Source: Octopus vulgaris (lineage: Eukaryota). Taken from it: a DNA stretch of 124,000 nt. The translations under genes were made by a program, and so were the position numbers. Below the pieces are notes generated by a model that ran no database searches, was not told where the DNA came from, and saw only the letters and a list, made by a program, of their open reading frames with translations. The stretch lies in contig OX597822.1 in NCBI GenBank assembly GCA_951406725.2, positions 43,420,001-43,544,000 on the forward strand. Reading direction: 5' to 3'. Of this stretch, positions 82,025 to 98,724 are shown in pieces; within the stretch, counting starts at the first letter, position 1; the number at the start of each line of letters is the position of its first letter.

Positions 82025-82419
82025 TATTTTTACAAAAAGAGGAGTGACAGTGACTTCGCAGTTTCTCGTGCTCCATTATGACCGCAGTTCTCTTGAACTA
82101 ATTATTGAATAAAAGCATCTAAGTGCATATGTACACACCCAACATACATACATACACACACACGTATACATATATATTGATAGATAGATATACACATGAA
82201 TGTATGTTCGCATGTATGGTAATATGTATGTGTCTATATATATATATATATCAAGGCATAGATTCACATATGCATACCATAGTATATGATTATAGACTTA
82301 ACAAAGGAGTCTATCATTGACGGATTGGTGATCATTCTCGTTTTTAATCATCATCGCCATTATTGCCGCCATTTCTCAGAGATTTCTCTGTGCAGCTCTG
82401 GACGTAATGTTGTCTTTGA

Positions 82420-82780
82420 TGGCTTTTATCCATTGTCTATACCACAAAAGAATGCCCTAGACTTGCCCAAAACCACTACAAGTTGTGGCGACATGATTAG
82501 GTAGCGGAAGTGATACGTTGGAAATTGTGCAAAACGTGGGGAGCAGAGAAGGGCAAGATGTGGTATGAACATAAACCGCACAGTGTAGCAGAGTCGGAGT
82601 CTAGCGACATTCTTGGGGATTTCCCAATCCAAACAGATCACGTGATAGAGCATAACAGACCGGACCAAGTTGTAGTGGATAAGGTGCACCACATCTGCTA
82701 TATAGTTGATGTTTTATGCCCGATTGATCCACGAATAGTCAAGAAGGAAGGCGAAAAAATAGATAAATATACCATCTTAA
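82420..82780 (+). mobile_element. Dong/R4-like RLE fragment
   Basis: RWKLCKTWGAEKGKMWYEHKP...DFPIQTDHVIEHNRPDQVVVD...IVDVLCP. Confidence 0.75.
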
Positions 82781-82865
82781 GTATGTCTGTATTTGTGTTT
82801 GTATATATATGTGTTTATATGTTTGTGTGTGTTGTGTGTGTGTTGCGCGTGTGTGTGTGATGTGA

Positions 82866-82915
<50 letters not shown>

Positions 82916-83160
82916 CTGTGTGTGTAACGATATAAATTTTACTTCAGTAGCGAAAGAACGTATAGTATGTTGAACTTAGTAAGCCTGCAACGCATGCAAG
83001 ATCCCAGGAGCTCCAACTAAACCTGTGATAAAGGGTTTTGGTGATATTATGGTGAAAGTAACAACAACAATATTAATAATTATAATCATAATAAAGAACA
83101 TGTATGATTATCGATATAGCAACAACAACAACAATAATAATGATAATAATAATAATAATG

Positions 83161-83212
<52 letters not shown>

Positions 83213-83240
83213 TAATAAAGATAATAATAATAATAATAAC

Positions 83241-83284
<44 letters not shown>

Positions 83285-83320
83285 TAATAATGATGATGAT
83301 GATGATGATCTTGTTGATGT

Positions 83321-83360
<40 letters not shown>

Positions 83361-84083
83361 ATTATCCGCTGTGGTCAGCTGACACTTTCCATCAGCTGAC
83401 ACTTTCCCAGCAAAATAAGCTGAGAGTTTTCATCAAAATAATAATAATGACCCCACTGTTTAACTGGTAATTATTTTATCGGTTCCCGAAAGCAATTGAA
83501 GGCAAAGTTAACTTCGGCGGAATTTGAACTCAGAACACAAAGAGGACAAGACAATAACAACAACAACAACAGTAAGAAGAATAAGAAGACGAAGAAAAAG
83601 AAGAAGAAAGAAAGAAAGAAAGATAGAAAATAAAAAAGATGTAGATGAAGAACAACAACAAGAAGAAAACGATAAAAAGAAAAAGCGGAAAATGAAAAGA
83701 AAGAGGAATATATGACAAATGAAGAGGATGCAACCGAAGAAAGACAAAAAAGAAAAAAGGAAGAGAGATATGTAGAGAAAAAAGGAGAGGAGAAAAAGAT
83801 GGCGGTTGTCTGTTAGGTAGATACATGTCGGAAACAATATTAATAATTATAATTATAATAAAGAACATGTATGATTATCGATATAGCATGCCCCGGTGAC
83901 AACAGGATCAATGTGAAAGAAGAAGAATAAATAAACAACCACGAGATTGAGTGAGAGAGAGAGAGAAAGAGAGAGACAGAGTTAGATAGATAGATTAATA
84001 GATTGACAGAGAGAGAAAGAAAGAGTGACAGCAAAAAGGAACGGTTAGCTTGACATAAAATGTATAGTCACTTATTCTGTAAT

Positions 84084-84166
<83 letters not shown>

Positions 84167-84178
84167 GTTTATATTGTA

Positions 84179-84616
84179 CTAGCAGCATAGCCCGGCGTTG
84201 CCCGGGTATGTAAGAGCCCCTAGTAGGCAACGACTAATCCCAATCTAGTCCTTTCCCTCTAGGGAACGAAGGCGCATGTGTAGGTTGCAATGTCTTCTCT
84301 TCACTCGAATACTTCTGTGTAAACGATGTTCTTAGCTGTCCCTTTGGGCGATAAAAAGGTCGAGTTGTGTCCCCTAGACAGAAAATGTGTTGCATATAAA
84401 AAGCTTAGATTCTCGACCCCATGTCGAATTTATCGATTGTTTTCAGAACTGGGGGAACTTTTCAAAATTTTCACTGCGCTAGTTTTGAATTATGACATTG
84501 GGTTATGTGTGTCAAGTTTCATCAGAATCGGTTGAAAGCCGTGGTCAGGGTGAGGGTACAACCTGACAGACACACAGACACACAGACAGACAAACTGCCG
84601 TTTATATATAGAGAGA
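84179..84616 (-). mobile_element. Non-autonomous Helitron retaining the last codons of RepHel
   Basis: TC...hairpin-CTAG ends. Minus-strand GTAKNIVYTEVFE* resembles the Pif1-helicase C-terminus (T.NIVY.EV) of Helitrons. Confidence 0.8.
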
Positions 84617-85016
84617 TACGCGTGTAAGCGTATGTTTGAGAGTGTGTGGCAGTGTCTGTGTCTCAATATGTGTATGTATGTGTGTATGTATATATAGTTT
84701 ACTGTTCCGTTATAGATAGGACCAAGTAAAACAGTTCTCCATATATATATTTACGTATATATTCCATTCACACTGAAATCATACTAAAACAAGTCTTTTC
84801 TTCTTTTACAAAAAAAGGTTCATCTTATACATAAAACCTTTCATTCATTACATAGACATCACAAATGACATTTGCAAAGAGATAGAAAACGTCGCTGCAA
84901 TGAAAATGTAGGCTTTCGAAAAATGTCTGCATCATAGAGCATATCAATATGAGAAACAAAACTACACACACACACACACACATATATATATACATATATA
85001 TACATATACACACACA

Positions 85017-85052
<36 letters not shown>

Positions 85053-85097
85053 TATATATACATACATATATATATATATACATACATATATATATAC

Positions 85098-85162
<65 letters not shown>

Positions 85163-85326
85163 TGTGTTGATTCAGCAGCAGCGACAATTTAGATGACTCA
85201 ATACAAATGTAGAGTCTTCTTTAATGCATTATAACTGCAAGGCTTCGATTTCCAGTACTCAGTACTATTTGTTTCCAATCACTAGTAGGTAAACCGTGCC
85301 TGGTTTTCTTTTCAACATCCACTGTC

Positions 85327-85361
<35 letters not shown>

Positions 85362-85621
85362 CCATATTTGATTTGAAATGAAAAACGCGAGCGTGAATCA
85401 TTGGTTTTTTGTCACATGTCGTTCACAAAGTTTTTTTTTTTTTTACGAAAGAACATAAAGATAAGCAATTCTTCTAATTCCATTTCATTTCATACTTCAA
85501 GAATTACTCTGACTATGAATATTCAGAAGAAGACCAGACCCGCTTTACCAGCTGGTGATTGGAGACGAGCAACTTGGAATACTGGAAATCGAATAGTTTC
85601 ACTTATTACGTATGTATGTAT

Positions 85622-85797
85622 AGGCGTAGGAGTGGCTGTGCGGTAAGTAGCTTGCTTACGAACCACATGGTTCCGAGTTCAGTCCCACTGCGTGGCACCT
85701 TGGGCAAGTGTCTTCTATTATAGCCTCTTGCCGACCAAAGCCTTGCGAGTGGATTTGGTAGACGGAAACTGAAAGAAGCCCGTCGTATATATGTATG

Positions 85798-85873
<76 letters not shown>

Positions 85874-86030
85874 TGTGTGCGTGTGTGTGCGTGTGTGTGT
85901 GTATCTTTGTGTGTCTGTGTTTGTTCCCCAACATCGCTTGACAACCGATGTTGGTGTGTTTACGTCCCCGTAACTTAGCAGCAAAAGAGAATGATAGAAT
86001 AAGTACTAGGCTTCCAAAGAATAAGTCAGC
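85622..86030 (+). mobile_element. SINE family B with internal (TA)n(TG)n
   Basis: Head, microsatellite and 3' half. Confidence 0.85.
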
Positions 86031-86039
86031 AATGAAGGA

Positions 86040-86735
<696 letters not shown>

Positions 86736-87542
86736 CATCCAACCGACATGAATTTACCATTGGGCTATTACTTTCTGTTCGCAATCTTAGCGACCAAAAC
86801 AATTTGGCAATCAATACCTTAACGTCCTTTAGTCCATACATCGATGACAACAGCACTAGCAATTAATGTAAATTTTTGAAAAGCACAATGAAAAATTCTA
86901 TCTCGATGTGATATCAAAATCTTTAGAAGTGATCATTACCACTATCACTGGCACTTTTGCAATTATAGGAAAAGGGCATACTCAATTCTGAGTATATAAT
87001 TTATTGGAATGAAAGTTTGTAAATTATATGATGATAAACTATATTCTTATATTTTGAAATGCTTCTGGTTAAAGGTGATGACAACATCGATACAGCAAAT
87101 TGTCTATCATGAGTACAGACGTGGCTGATAATACCGAATCAATATAGGCAGTTCTGGCAGCACTGAGCAGAATGAAGGTGACCTCAAACAACACATACAT
87201 ACGGTTGATGACGATGGCCATGCCTCTCTTCATGAGGTTTCTTGCGTTAGGTTTCAGAGAGCACAGCTCCAGCATCACTCACAGAATTCTATGCCTTCCA
87301 ATTGGAAGCCAGGACTTGCACTGGAATTAAAAGGGTAAAACGTGATAGTATAATATTTACAGCACAAATATCTCCCTTTATTGAATTTCTATTTACAAAC
87401 TTATGTCATCTATCATTCATAGAAAATACCAAAAAAGTTTACATTAAAGAATGGCGCTGCAAGTACACAAGCATACGTTTAAAACATTAATACGTTTAAT
87501 ACATCATAAGATGTTTTTCCTTTGGCTTTGTTTTATATTTCC

Positions 87543-87644
<102 letters not shown>

Positions 87645-88212
87645 CATCTATCTATCTATGTATCTATCTATCTATATACGTATATTTATATGTACAGATA
87701 TCTAAATATCTATGTATTATGTTATGTGTATGTATGCAAATACCTCTATAAATATAAGTATGAAGTTACGTACACATACACACAGACACACACACACACA
87801 CGCACACACACATATATACATGTGTGCGCGTGTGTGTGTGTGGATATGTGTGTATGTATGAGTACGTACATACGTATATGTTTGTGTCTGTATGTGCATG
87901 TACGTATACATGTTTGTGTGTGTATGGATAAAGACGTTATGAATGCAGGTGGTTTATGTCAATGTATTATAAGAATATGGTTGCGTGTATGTTTTTGTTT
88001 TTTTCTTTTTCTACCTATTAGAGTGACTTCCCTTTTATTCAATGGTTTCATAGCATCTGTGCCATTAATACCCGACGAAAAATGCATCGCAGCTCTTCGT
88101 TCCGACATTCGAAACTCCGAGTATTATAACAACTTATTGTTTGTTCTAAATTATGACATATATAAATAATCATCTATTTATCAATTAATCGTGGTCTCAT
88201 ACTTTTGTTGTT

Positions 88213-88319
<107 letters not shown>

Positions 88320-88384
88320 GTTATTATTATTATTATTATTATTATCATTTATCATTATATATATTTATATATATATAAATACAA

Positions 88385-88417
<33 letters not shown>

Positions 88418-88884
88418 CGTGTGTGTGTGTATGGGGATACGTATATACATGTAGATATGTGTAACATGTACTCACATCCACATTTTTATCTGTCTATAGT
88501 CATTTAGTAACCATATACAGCAGAAATTTTCTTTAGTATTATATAAACACGATGCTTGGCATCTATTAACTGGCTTATAGTAGCATCTTTTGTATTTTCT
88601 CGTGTAAATGACAATCTGTTGACCATTTCAAAAGACACACTTAACCGACAGACATAACCCGACCTCTGACAACCGATTATTTCCCGAAGATTCACATAGG
88701 AAATAAAGAAAACTTGAGTAGCGTAAGAGTAATTATTACTCTACGCGTTTCTATAAACACTGCTACAGATATTGATTAATAACCCCCTCACTTGCGCATG
88801 CATTACATTACAAAAGCACGTAGAAAAAAGGTCAATCTACTGGCACCCGGGTACTTGAAAGTTAAATAATTAGAACTCTAGGCA

Positions 88885-89210
88885 CCCTCTTCGCTTACGA
88901 CGACGAGGGTTCCAGTTAATCCGATCAACGGAACAAGCCTGCTCATGAAATTAATGTGCAAGTGGCTGAGCACTCCACAGACGCGTGTACCTTTATCATA
89001 GTTCTCGGGGATATTCAACGTGACACAGAGTGTGACAAGGCCGGCCCTTTGAATTACAGGGACAACAGAAAAAGGAAGTAAGAGTGAGTACAGCAGGGTT
89101 CGCCACCATCCCCTGCAGGGGCCTCGTGGAGCTTTAGGTGTTTTCGCTCAATAAACACTCACAACGCCCGGTCTGAGAATCGAAACCGCTAGGCCATTGC
89201 GCCTCTACAT
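88885..89210 (-). mobile_element. SINE family C (head partly deleted)
   Basis: Reverse complement of the family C body and tail. Confidence 0.8.
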
Positions 89211-89709
89211 TTATAACAATGTAAGCTAGCTAGAAAGAGGAGTAAATAATTAGATAGACAGGCAGGTCAATGGATTTCGTACATGTGACAATAGTTAGAT
89301 AAATTGAAAAGTGATAGAGCAGGGAAGGCAGTTTCCCTAGTCGAAAGATGCTCTGACATAGAATTTGTAGTCGAAATAATAGTGGTAGTTTGTTAATGGA
89401 AGCTACAATGGCGACCGTTGCAGAATCTTTTGTCGCTGAAACCTAACGATGTACAGTTGTCTCACTATCAAGTGAGACAACTATCACCTGACTTAATGTG
89501 GGCAGTCATCATATATATATATCGTTCAAATACACATACACACATCAATAAAGTAGAAAATTGGATTCAGTGAATCAAGAGAAACTCGCGGTAAGCATCT
89601 CATACATACATGAATGCCTAAATAATACATATATACATACATACATACATTCAAACATATATACATACGCATACACGCACAAATATATATATATATATAC
89701 ATCCACTTG

Positions 89710-89846
<137 letters not shown>

Positions 89847-89893
89847 GTCTATATCTATCTATCTATCTATCTATATATCTATTTATGTATCTA

Positions 89894-89968
<75 letters not shown>

Positions 89969-90417
89969 TTACCTACACAGGGTCACAGATACACACATAT
90001 ATAAATCTAAATGTGCCAAGCTATCTTCTATCTACCTATCTCTTTCTATATATCTATATAAACAGAGAAAGATCGAGAGTAGGAGAGAAGACATATGTAA
90101 ATACACACACACACGCACACGCACACACATGAACTGTAGCTAATTAAACCATTCATCTATATCAAACACATTCGAAATATAGTCTGAAAAGAAATTTGTA
90201 GACTTTTCCAAGAGTCGATACTTTAAAAGTGTTGATTAGTAATATATTTGTATCCTTGTGTAGATAATGTAATGTATTGATATTCACACTTTTGTTAGTT
90301 TGATTAAAGAAGTTCGAAAAATACCGTATTTTTCTGACATTATTCTGACGGTAATGTGCAGTAAATACACACAGACAGATAGACAGCCAGCCAGCCAGCC
90401 AGACAGACAGACAGACA

Positions 90418-90454
<37 letters not shown>

Positions 90455-90861
90455 TCATATGAGCGAGCAATAAAGAGAATCTTGAACGCGGAATAATTGT
90501 GGAGACAGCTTAGAAGATCGGCTAAATATCCTTAGAAGACGGAAAAATTGTGTGCTTCGAAAGGTGTACATCTCAGATTCCCGTGAAAATTCCGTATCGT
90601 TGAGGTAAACGACCCTTAACAACAAACTTCTTCTTTTATAACCCTAAATGATAGCTTTGGAATGTGAGAACATTTTCTTATAAAGAAAGTTAAATGCGCC
90701 GATCAAATGGTATTTTACAGAAAAGATAGGAGAGCTGGAAAGCAGAATAGCTATAAAATACCTTAGAAGCTTGGATACATACGCCTAGAAGAGGGAAGTA
90801 ACCACATACACACACACACACACACGCACACTTATATATGCATACATACATACATACATAC

Positions 90862-90914
<53 letters not shown>

Positions 90915-90945
90915 TATGAAATAGAGTCCAGAGTAATCCAGGAGT

Positions 90946-91165
90946 CTTTAACGTTTCGAGCCTACGCTCTTCCACAGAAAGGAACACAGAAAGAAACAAG
91001 GAGAGAAACAATCAGAGAAAAAATGTGTGTAGTGGCTACCGATCGATCATGGCCACTACACAGCTATCGGTAGCCACTACACACACATTTTTTCTCTCCT
91101 TATTTCTCTCCTTGCTTCTTTCTGTGTTCCTTTCTGTGGAAGAGCGTAGGCTCGAAACGTTTATG
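90946..91165. mobile_element. Inverted pair of PLE terminal fragments with two CUGUGGA-core hammerheads
   Basis: Hammerheads at 90946-90981 (-, complete, GUU) and 91130-91165 (+, stem I 3' arm lost). Arms about 95 bp, 22-nt spacer. Confidence 0.75.
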
Positions 91166-91235
91166 GCTTTTTCAATTCCCGAGCATTATGCTAATACATC
91201 TGTCTTAGTCTTTTGTATTTTTCGTGAATTCTCCA

Positions 91236-91328
<93 letters not shown>

Positions 91329-91557
91329 TGTATATATATATAGGTTATGAGAAGTAATGGCGTCATTGAGACCTAAAGGTGTCAGGTAATGCTGATTAAG
91401 TGCTTTAGATAGACCGAAGTTAAATTCCAGGTTCGGTGACTATGCGAATAAGGGGTTCAACGTTGGTCATATGTCAGCGTGTGTATATAAAAATTTTATT
91501 TAGTAATGAGATAAAAAAAACAAGGCTGTGAAGATTTTAGAATATTTATCGATAGGT

Positions 91558-91604
91558 CCTTACAGCTATTTCCAGGATATTTATTATAATCCTTTCATCG
91601 GAGA
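91558..91604 (-). ncRNA. Type I hammerhead, CCGAUGA core, in a PLE 3' remnant (about 91420-91800)
   Basis: tct-CCGATGA-A-AGGAT-N10-ATCCT-G-GAAAT-AGCT-GTA-agg. Confidence 0.6.
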
Positions 91605-92229
91605 CGGTGTGTGAGGATGGTTATAAAATAGTTAATTTAGATAAGATATAAAATAGAGAGTGAGGTGGAGGATATAAAAGAAAATAGGTTTGAGATATGT
91701 AGGGATATAGCATTTGTAGATCTATTTTTAAAAGCAGAATGGTATACATGTAATATTCCAATACCTTATGAGTAAAATCCAATAGAATTTTTTAGTTCGA
91801 TTCAGCCCGAGGTTAGCTCATCATTTTTCAGTCATTTGTTTATATTTAAAAATTGTTGCTTCAAATCGGAGAATAAGTATCATTATGATACATTGTATAC
91901 AGTTATTATACTATCAGCCTTCCATTGTAGCTTTCTCTCCATAACACGCAAAGCCTCTCGGTTTATGTATGATGCGATTCTTCAAAGGCATTTTAGATCA
92001 ATGTTAACCCTCTGCCGCCTTGTCTCATTTTAGCTAGATGCAGCCTACGTCATTGCTTATGTGGAAATTGTGTGCTTGTCAGTATTTTTCGGGTTTTCAC
92101 ATCAATGGCTCAGATCTCATCAATCGTCCAATCATGCAGCCCAAATGTTGGTGAGCCACTGTTTTATTGGAAGCAGATACCTGTGAGGTTCAAATTGTCT
92201 TTATTCAGCTGTAATATTCTTTAGTGACA

Positions 92230-93100
92230 CGTGTTACATGTGCCATTGGAAGACATGTTTTCATCCACCCCTAGATACCTGCAAAATTCCTCTCAGATAT
92301 AGGGGAACAAGTCAAGACATTAATGGAGACGTTGCTAGTCTGGTTTACAGTTTTTCCCTTTTTCACAACGATATAACAACATTTATCCTGACCTAACTTC
92401 AACCCTACATCTTTTGAGAATGTTGTAACCATGTCAAGGCTCTTTTTCATCTCGTGCATATTCTTTGCATAAAGTTTCGAGTCATTCACAAAGAAACAAG
92501 TGTGTAATTTTGGTATTTCTTTTTCCTTGTGAACTAATAAAATATCTTTCCGACTCCCTTAACATAAATAACAAGCGGTTTACAGAAAGTATAAACAACA
92601 TTCCAGAGGCTGTCTCCATGGAATATGCTTTCACGATACTGTATTCTATCAGTGATAGAATACAGTCACTCTTTATGTTTAATTTCAAAATGGTGGCCCA
92701 CGATGAAGTTGGATCAGCTATGGCTTTGACTATGTTCACTGGAACTTTATCAAATTTAAAGGCTTCTAGCATCTAGTGGGGAACAGACTCAAAAGCTTTT
92801 TTGTAGTCTAGCCACATTGAAACTAGGTTCCTCCTATGCTCTCGCACCTCCGACATCACAGTTTTGTTGATTAACAGTTGCTCGGCATATCCCCAGACTC
92901 TCTGCTTCCCAGGTGCTTGTTCTGCTGTGATGATGTTATAGGTTTCACAATAGTCCTGGAGGAAGAGGTTTAATCATGCTGTATATCTTATACATTAAGT
93001 TCTGGCATGCGATTGGCCGGCAGTTTTTTGCTATGTGGGTGGTTCTGCATTTGGGGATCAATTTTGCCTTTGCCAGAGCTAACCACTGTAGTATGCTACT
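92230..93100 (-). mobile_element. Decayed Dong/R4-like RT fragment
   Basis: DYKKAFESVP, NDSKLYAKN...TFSKDVGLKLGQDKC. Confidence 0.65.
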
Positions 93101-94810
93101 GCTCCCATTAAGATGGTACAGACAGACTGATAAGATAAGGTCGGTAGAGGGTTAGTGTCTTGTACCAATATCCATCAAGCAAGTCTCTTCGAACGATCGA
93201 TGCTGTATGCCATGCGTGTATGTATGTATGTATGTATGTATGTATGTATGTATGTATGTATGTATGTATGTATGTATGTATGTATGTATGTTTGTATGTA
93301 TGCATGCATGTATGCATACATATATGTATATGTATGTATGTATATTTGCATGCATGTATTTATGTATGTATGCATGCATGTATGTATGTATGTATGTATG
93401 TATGTATGTATGCATATATGTATATACGTATGTATGTATGCATGTATATATGTGCATATGTATGTATGCATGTATATATGTATGTATGCATATATGTATA
93501 TGTATGTATGCATGTATGTATGTGTGTATACGTGCATGCTTGTATGCATGCACATATGTATGTATGTGTTCCTTTTTTGCATTTGTCTCCCTATCATTGC
93601 TGGTATACACCTCCATAACTTAGAGATTCGGCGAAACGGACCGATAGACTAAATACTGGCATCGTTTTGTTCGACTAACTCCTACAAGCAGTGCTCCAGC
93701 TTCGTCGCAGTCCAATGACTATAACAAATAAAAGATGAAAGTCAACTCTATAGGAACGGTATGAACTTAAACACTATCGACAAAAACAACCGAGACCCCC
93801 AATACTTCTACCTACACCATTACAACAAACGTCATTAACGCTACAGATACCATCTCATCATATATTACTGTAGCCATCATCGTAGAGAAATCTATCACTA
93901 CTACAACTAACATTAAATGGACGTCTATGATTACTGTCATTAACACCATCATGAATATGAGACGTCTTGGCGCAGCCGTTTTGTCGCCGCCCATCTGGTG
94001 TCAATGATTCGACGCTGACTTATTTGACATCACACGTTTTAATGTTTCTTTTATTATAATGCTTTGCTCATTCTCTTCCTGTCTCTACCCCACCCTCTCT
94101 CTTTCTCGTTCTTTCTTTGTTTCTGTGTATGAGTATATGTGGGGACAGATTTGCTAAAGAATAGAACCAACGTTTTCTCTGCGTACTGTAAAAAGCAAAA
94201 AAAAAAAACCAGGTTGAGCTAGGCTTTTCACTTCGACATGGTAAAACTCTCACCTACAACCGCTACCCAAACAAGCCCATGGAATCGAGGGTTGTCACCT
94301 GAGTGATGCCAAGGTGTCAATCACCAGGAGTATGGAATAGCTGATAAATGAAGAGTGGGAGCGAGGCAATGTAATATTGGATGTCTCCATACCTGGCCTG
94401 AGATCATTTCTTTCTATATGACGAGAAGGAAGGTATTTACATAAATTATTTTCAATAAATGTATTGCTATATCTCATCCTGACACTCATTTTATCTGTGT
94501 GTGTATATTTTAGTGCGTGTGATTATGTGTCTGTGTTTGCCTTTGATGCTAAAAAGTACTGTCGCCAAACCAGGTTGATGATCACTCAACGGTACTAACT
94601 CATCTGCATCCAGTCAGCTGCGCCCAAACAGCTACGCTCAAAAAAATACGCCCAAACGGCTGCACCAAAACAGCTGCGCACAATAGTCTCATTCAGCACC
94701 TTCATTATACGCATGACAGATCTGGTAGAGTATTGGTCAAAATATATCGCAGTATTTACGCTCCTTGATATTCGAAGTTGAAATCTCTTCGGCATTGATA
94801 TGTATATACA

Positions 94811-94900
<90 letters not shown>

Positions 94901-95089
94901 TATATATATATATTTATAATCGATAAAATTAATTAATAATGTACTGAGAGATATTATATAGATTATAACCAAATTTGGAATGTATTATTCTAATAAATAT
95001 AAAGCAAAGTGTGTTTTTCAATTATATATTAAAAGTATTTTGCAAACACAAAATGCATTAACGAACACGTGTACGCATGTATGTATTTA

Positions 95090-95259
95090 TACACACACAC
95101 ACACACATATGTACGCACATATATACATGAGTAAACATAAATACGAACATGTGTTTATACATAAATAAATAAATAAGTATATACATTGGCTTATCAAATC
95201 ACTGCCTGATTCTGCATATATATATATATATATATATAAGTATGTATAAGCATACATAT

Positions 95260-95291
<32 letters not shown>

Positions 95292-95786
95292 GTATGTATA
95301 AGCATATATATATATATATGTATGTATATATAATATATATTTAGATTGATATAGTTACACACACACACAAATATACACATAGGCAAACTTGCATATATAC
95401 TCACACACACGCATACACACATACACACACACATATATATATATATGCGCATGTATGCATAAACATAGACATAACTACATAGATGTGTGTTTGTACATAC
95501 ATAAATATATATACATACATACATACATAATTACACACATAGATGAATATATACATACACAAGCTTATCCAATCACTGCCTGGTTCTGCATGTGTTTTAT
95601 TCTCTCTTTTTTTTTTTTATTAATTACAAATATTCAGAAATAATTAATTGTATGTTCAGTTTGAATTCTTCCGTAATCAGGTGTTACGTAAAGCAGGGTG
95701 AGGGGGTATGTTCATCTCTTTCTCTCCTGGACTCATTATTTTGAACGTTATTTCGAACGACATCGCCATCGTCGTTGTCCTCGTCG

Positions 95787-95840
<54 letters not shown>

Positions 95841-96066
95841 ACGTCATCATCATCAACGTCATCATCATCATCATCATTATTACTATTTTTATAATGATTG
95901 CTAAAGCCACAACGTTCATCATAATCCTCATCATTATTTTTCGTATACAAACATGGGTTGAGATTATCAACGTAACAATCACCACCACCACCACCACCAC
96001 CACCGCCGCCGACGCCACACTACAATCAATCTCCTCCTCCCCCTCTTCCGCCTCCTTCTCTTCCAG

Positions 96067-96107
<41 letters not shown>

Positions 96108-96142
96108 AATTACCGTCATCACCGTCATCACCGTCACCATCG

Positions 96143-96178
<36 letters not shown>

Positions 96179-96721
96179 CTTTTGCAATTGTTGTTGTTCT
96201 ACACCGCCTCTTTATTCTTTTGAGCACTTCTTCCTCAACCTCTTCCTCTCCTCATCCTCCTTCTCCTTCTCCTTCTTCTTCTTCTCCTTCCTCATCTCAT
96301 TCTTCTTCTTCTCATTCATCTTATTGTTACTAATATCATCGTTGTTGCTGTTTATGCTACACTTTACTTCTTTGAGCTGGTACCTCACCAAAAGCCTGCT
96401 ATAATCCAATTAGCTGTTTTGGCAAATCCTGAACAAGGCTCCGTCTCTTAATTTAATCAAAACACAACTGCGATGCCATTTCCACGTTTCCGCTATAGAA
96501 TTGTTCCGCAATTTGAATTACTCAACATTTTACATATGTTGACTCTCTCTCACACACACAGACACACGCGCACACGCGCAGACTTATATAGATATATTTA
96601 TATGTATATGCATATATGTATATATATATATGCATATATCTGTGTGTATAGAGGCATATATAAATATGTGTTTGTATGTGTAAAAGCAAATATGTATATA
96701 TATATAATATACATACATACG

Positions 96722-96753
<32 letters not shown>

Positions 96754-96947
96754 CCGTATATTAGAAGTAAATAGGATTGAGGGCGCGAAAGGGAAAGCGA
96801 ATGAGAGATATGTATATAAGAATCATAATCACTAGCGCACACGCATGTGTGTGTGTGTGTGTGGTTGTATATATATATATATATGTCTATATATATATAT
96901 GTCTATATATATATATATATGTCTATATATATATATATATATGTATA

Positions 96948-96993
<46 letters not shown>

Positions 96994-97017
96994 TACATAT
97001 ATATATATGTATATGTC

Positions 97018-97060
<43 letters not shown>

Positions 97061-97473
97061 ATCTGGAAAACGAGCATAGAGATAAGAGCGTGCATCTTAA
97101 GATAAGTATTAATTTATATATTGATAAATATACACATATGTATATTTCCGTTCGGGTGTTTCGCTTTATATATATATATATATATGTATATTATATGTGT
97201 GTGCGTATAAATTCACATCTGCATGCACACTAGCGCACGCAGACTTGCATGTCTCAATATATATTTTTACATACACATGGATGTATGTGTGTATATACAT
97301 ATTTATTTAAACTTTCTGTTATTTGTGTACGTATGAATGCATTTTCTTACGCTGGCTGAACCAAGGTTATTTATACATCGCAGAAAATATATACACTCGC
97401 ATAAATATCTATATACGAACTTAAGCTCACAGGGACATAGAGAAAATAGAGAGTGAGAGAGAGAGCGTGAGCG

Positions 97474-97510
<37 letters not shown>

Positions 97511-97596
97511 GACAGAGAGTGAGAGAGAGTGAGTGAGAGCTTGAGAACTACCTCGGGTTAAATCTCAAAAGTATGTATCTATCTATCTAATCTATC

Positions 97597-97649
<53 letters not shown>

Positions 97650-97662
97650 ATATCTATCTATC

Positions 97663-97724
<62 letters not shown>

Positions 97725-98056
97725 TATACGAATAGATATGCATATACACTTGTTCATTAGCGTATTTGCAAAGTGCATTATGGAACCGTTATACCCCTTC
97801 CGCCTCATGGACCCAGCGTAGTGAACCTCAGTATTCTTTTCCCTCTCCCCGCTACCATAGCCAACCATGCAGTGAACCGAACACCCAAGCATCCCGGATG
97901 CTCCCACCCCCGACATCATTTTAGTTATTAATGGAATACTTTTATTGTCTACTCAAAGATCTTGGTATATTTTCGTTTTTTTTTTCACATTGGCACACAG
98001 ACACACACGAGTACATGCATGTGTTATTGTATATTGAGTTTGTTTTCAACATTGAC

Positions 98057-98117
<61 letters not shown>

Positions 98118-98384
98118 ATACAAGCGTGCTCCCACAAGCACACACGCATGTATATATACTTATTCACTCTCATTCATACCTAAATATACACAGGAAGACA
98201 CCGCACTCACAACTACACACCACCCAAATGCCTCTGGCCCATTCCATCACATCTATATATATACATATATACATACACACACATATATGTATATATATAT
98301 ATATATATATATCATATATACATACATATCTATATCTATCTAAATATATATATGTATGTATATATATATATATAAATACTATAT

Positions 98385-98415
<31 letters not shown>

Positions 98416-98444
98416 CATACATATATATATATATATATATACAT

Positions 98445-98533
<89 letters not shown>

Positions 98534-98653
98534 CATAACGTTCATCATAATCCTCATCATATACATATCTATACACATATATATAGAGATATATAGAGAG
98601 ATATATGTACGTGCACAATCTCTTTATGTATATATATTGATATGTATGTATAT

Positions 98654-98724
<71 letters not shown>

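Noticed and set aside
94295-94425. Possible minus-strand exon (pyrimidine tract-AG ... CAG/GTGACA, 115 bp)
   Set aside because: No frame gives a recognisable protein and there are no partner exons. RNA-seq or tBLASTx would be needed.
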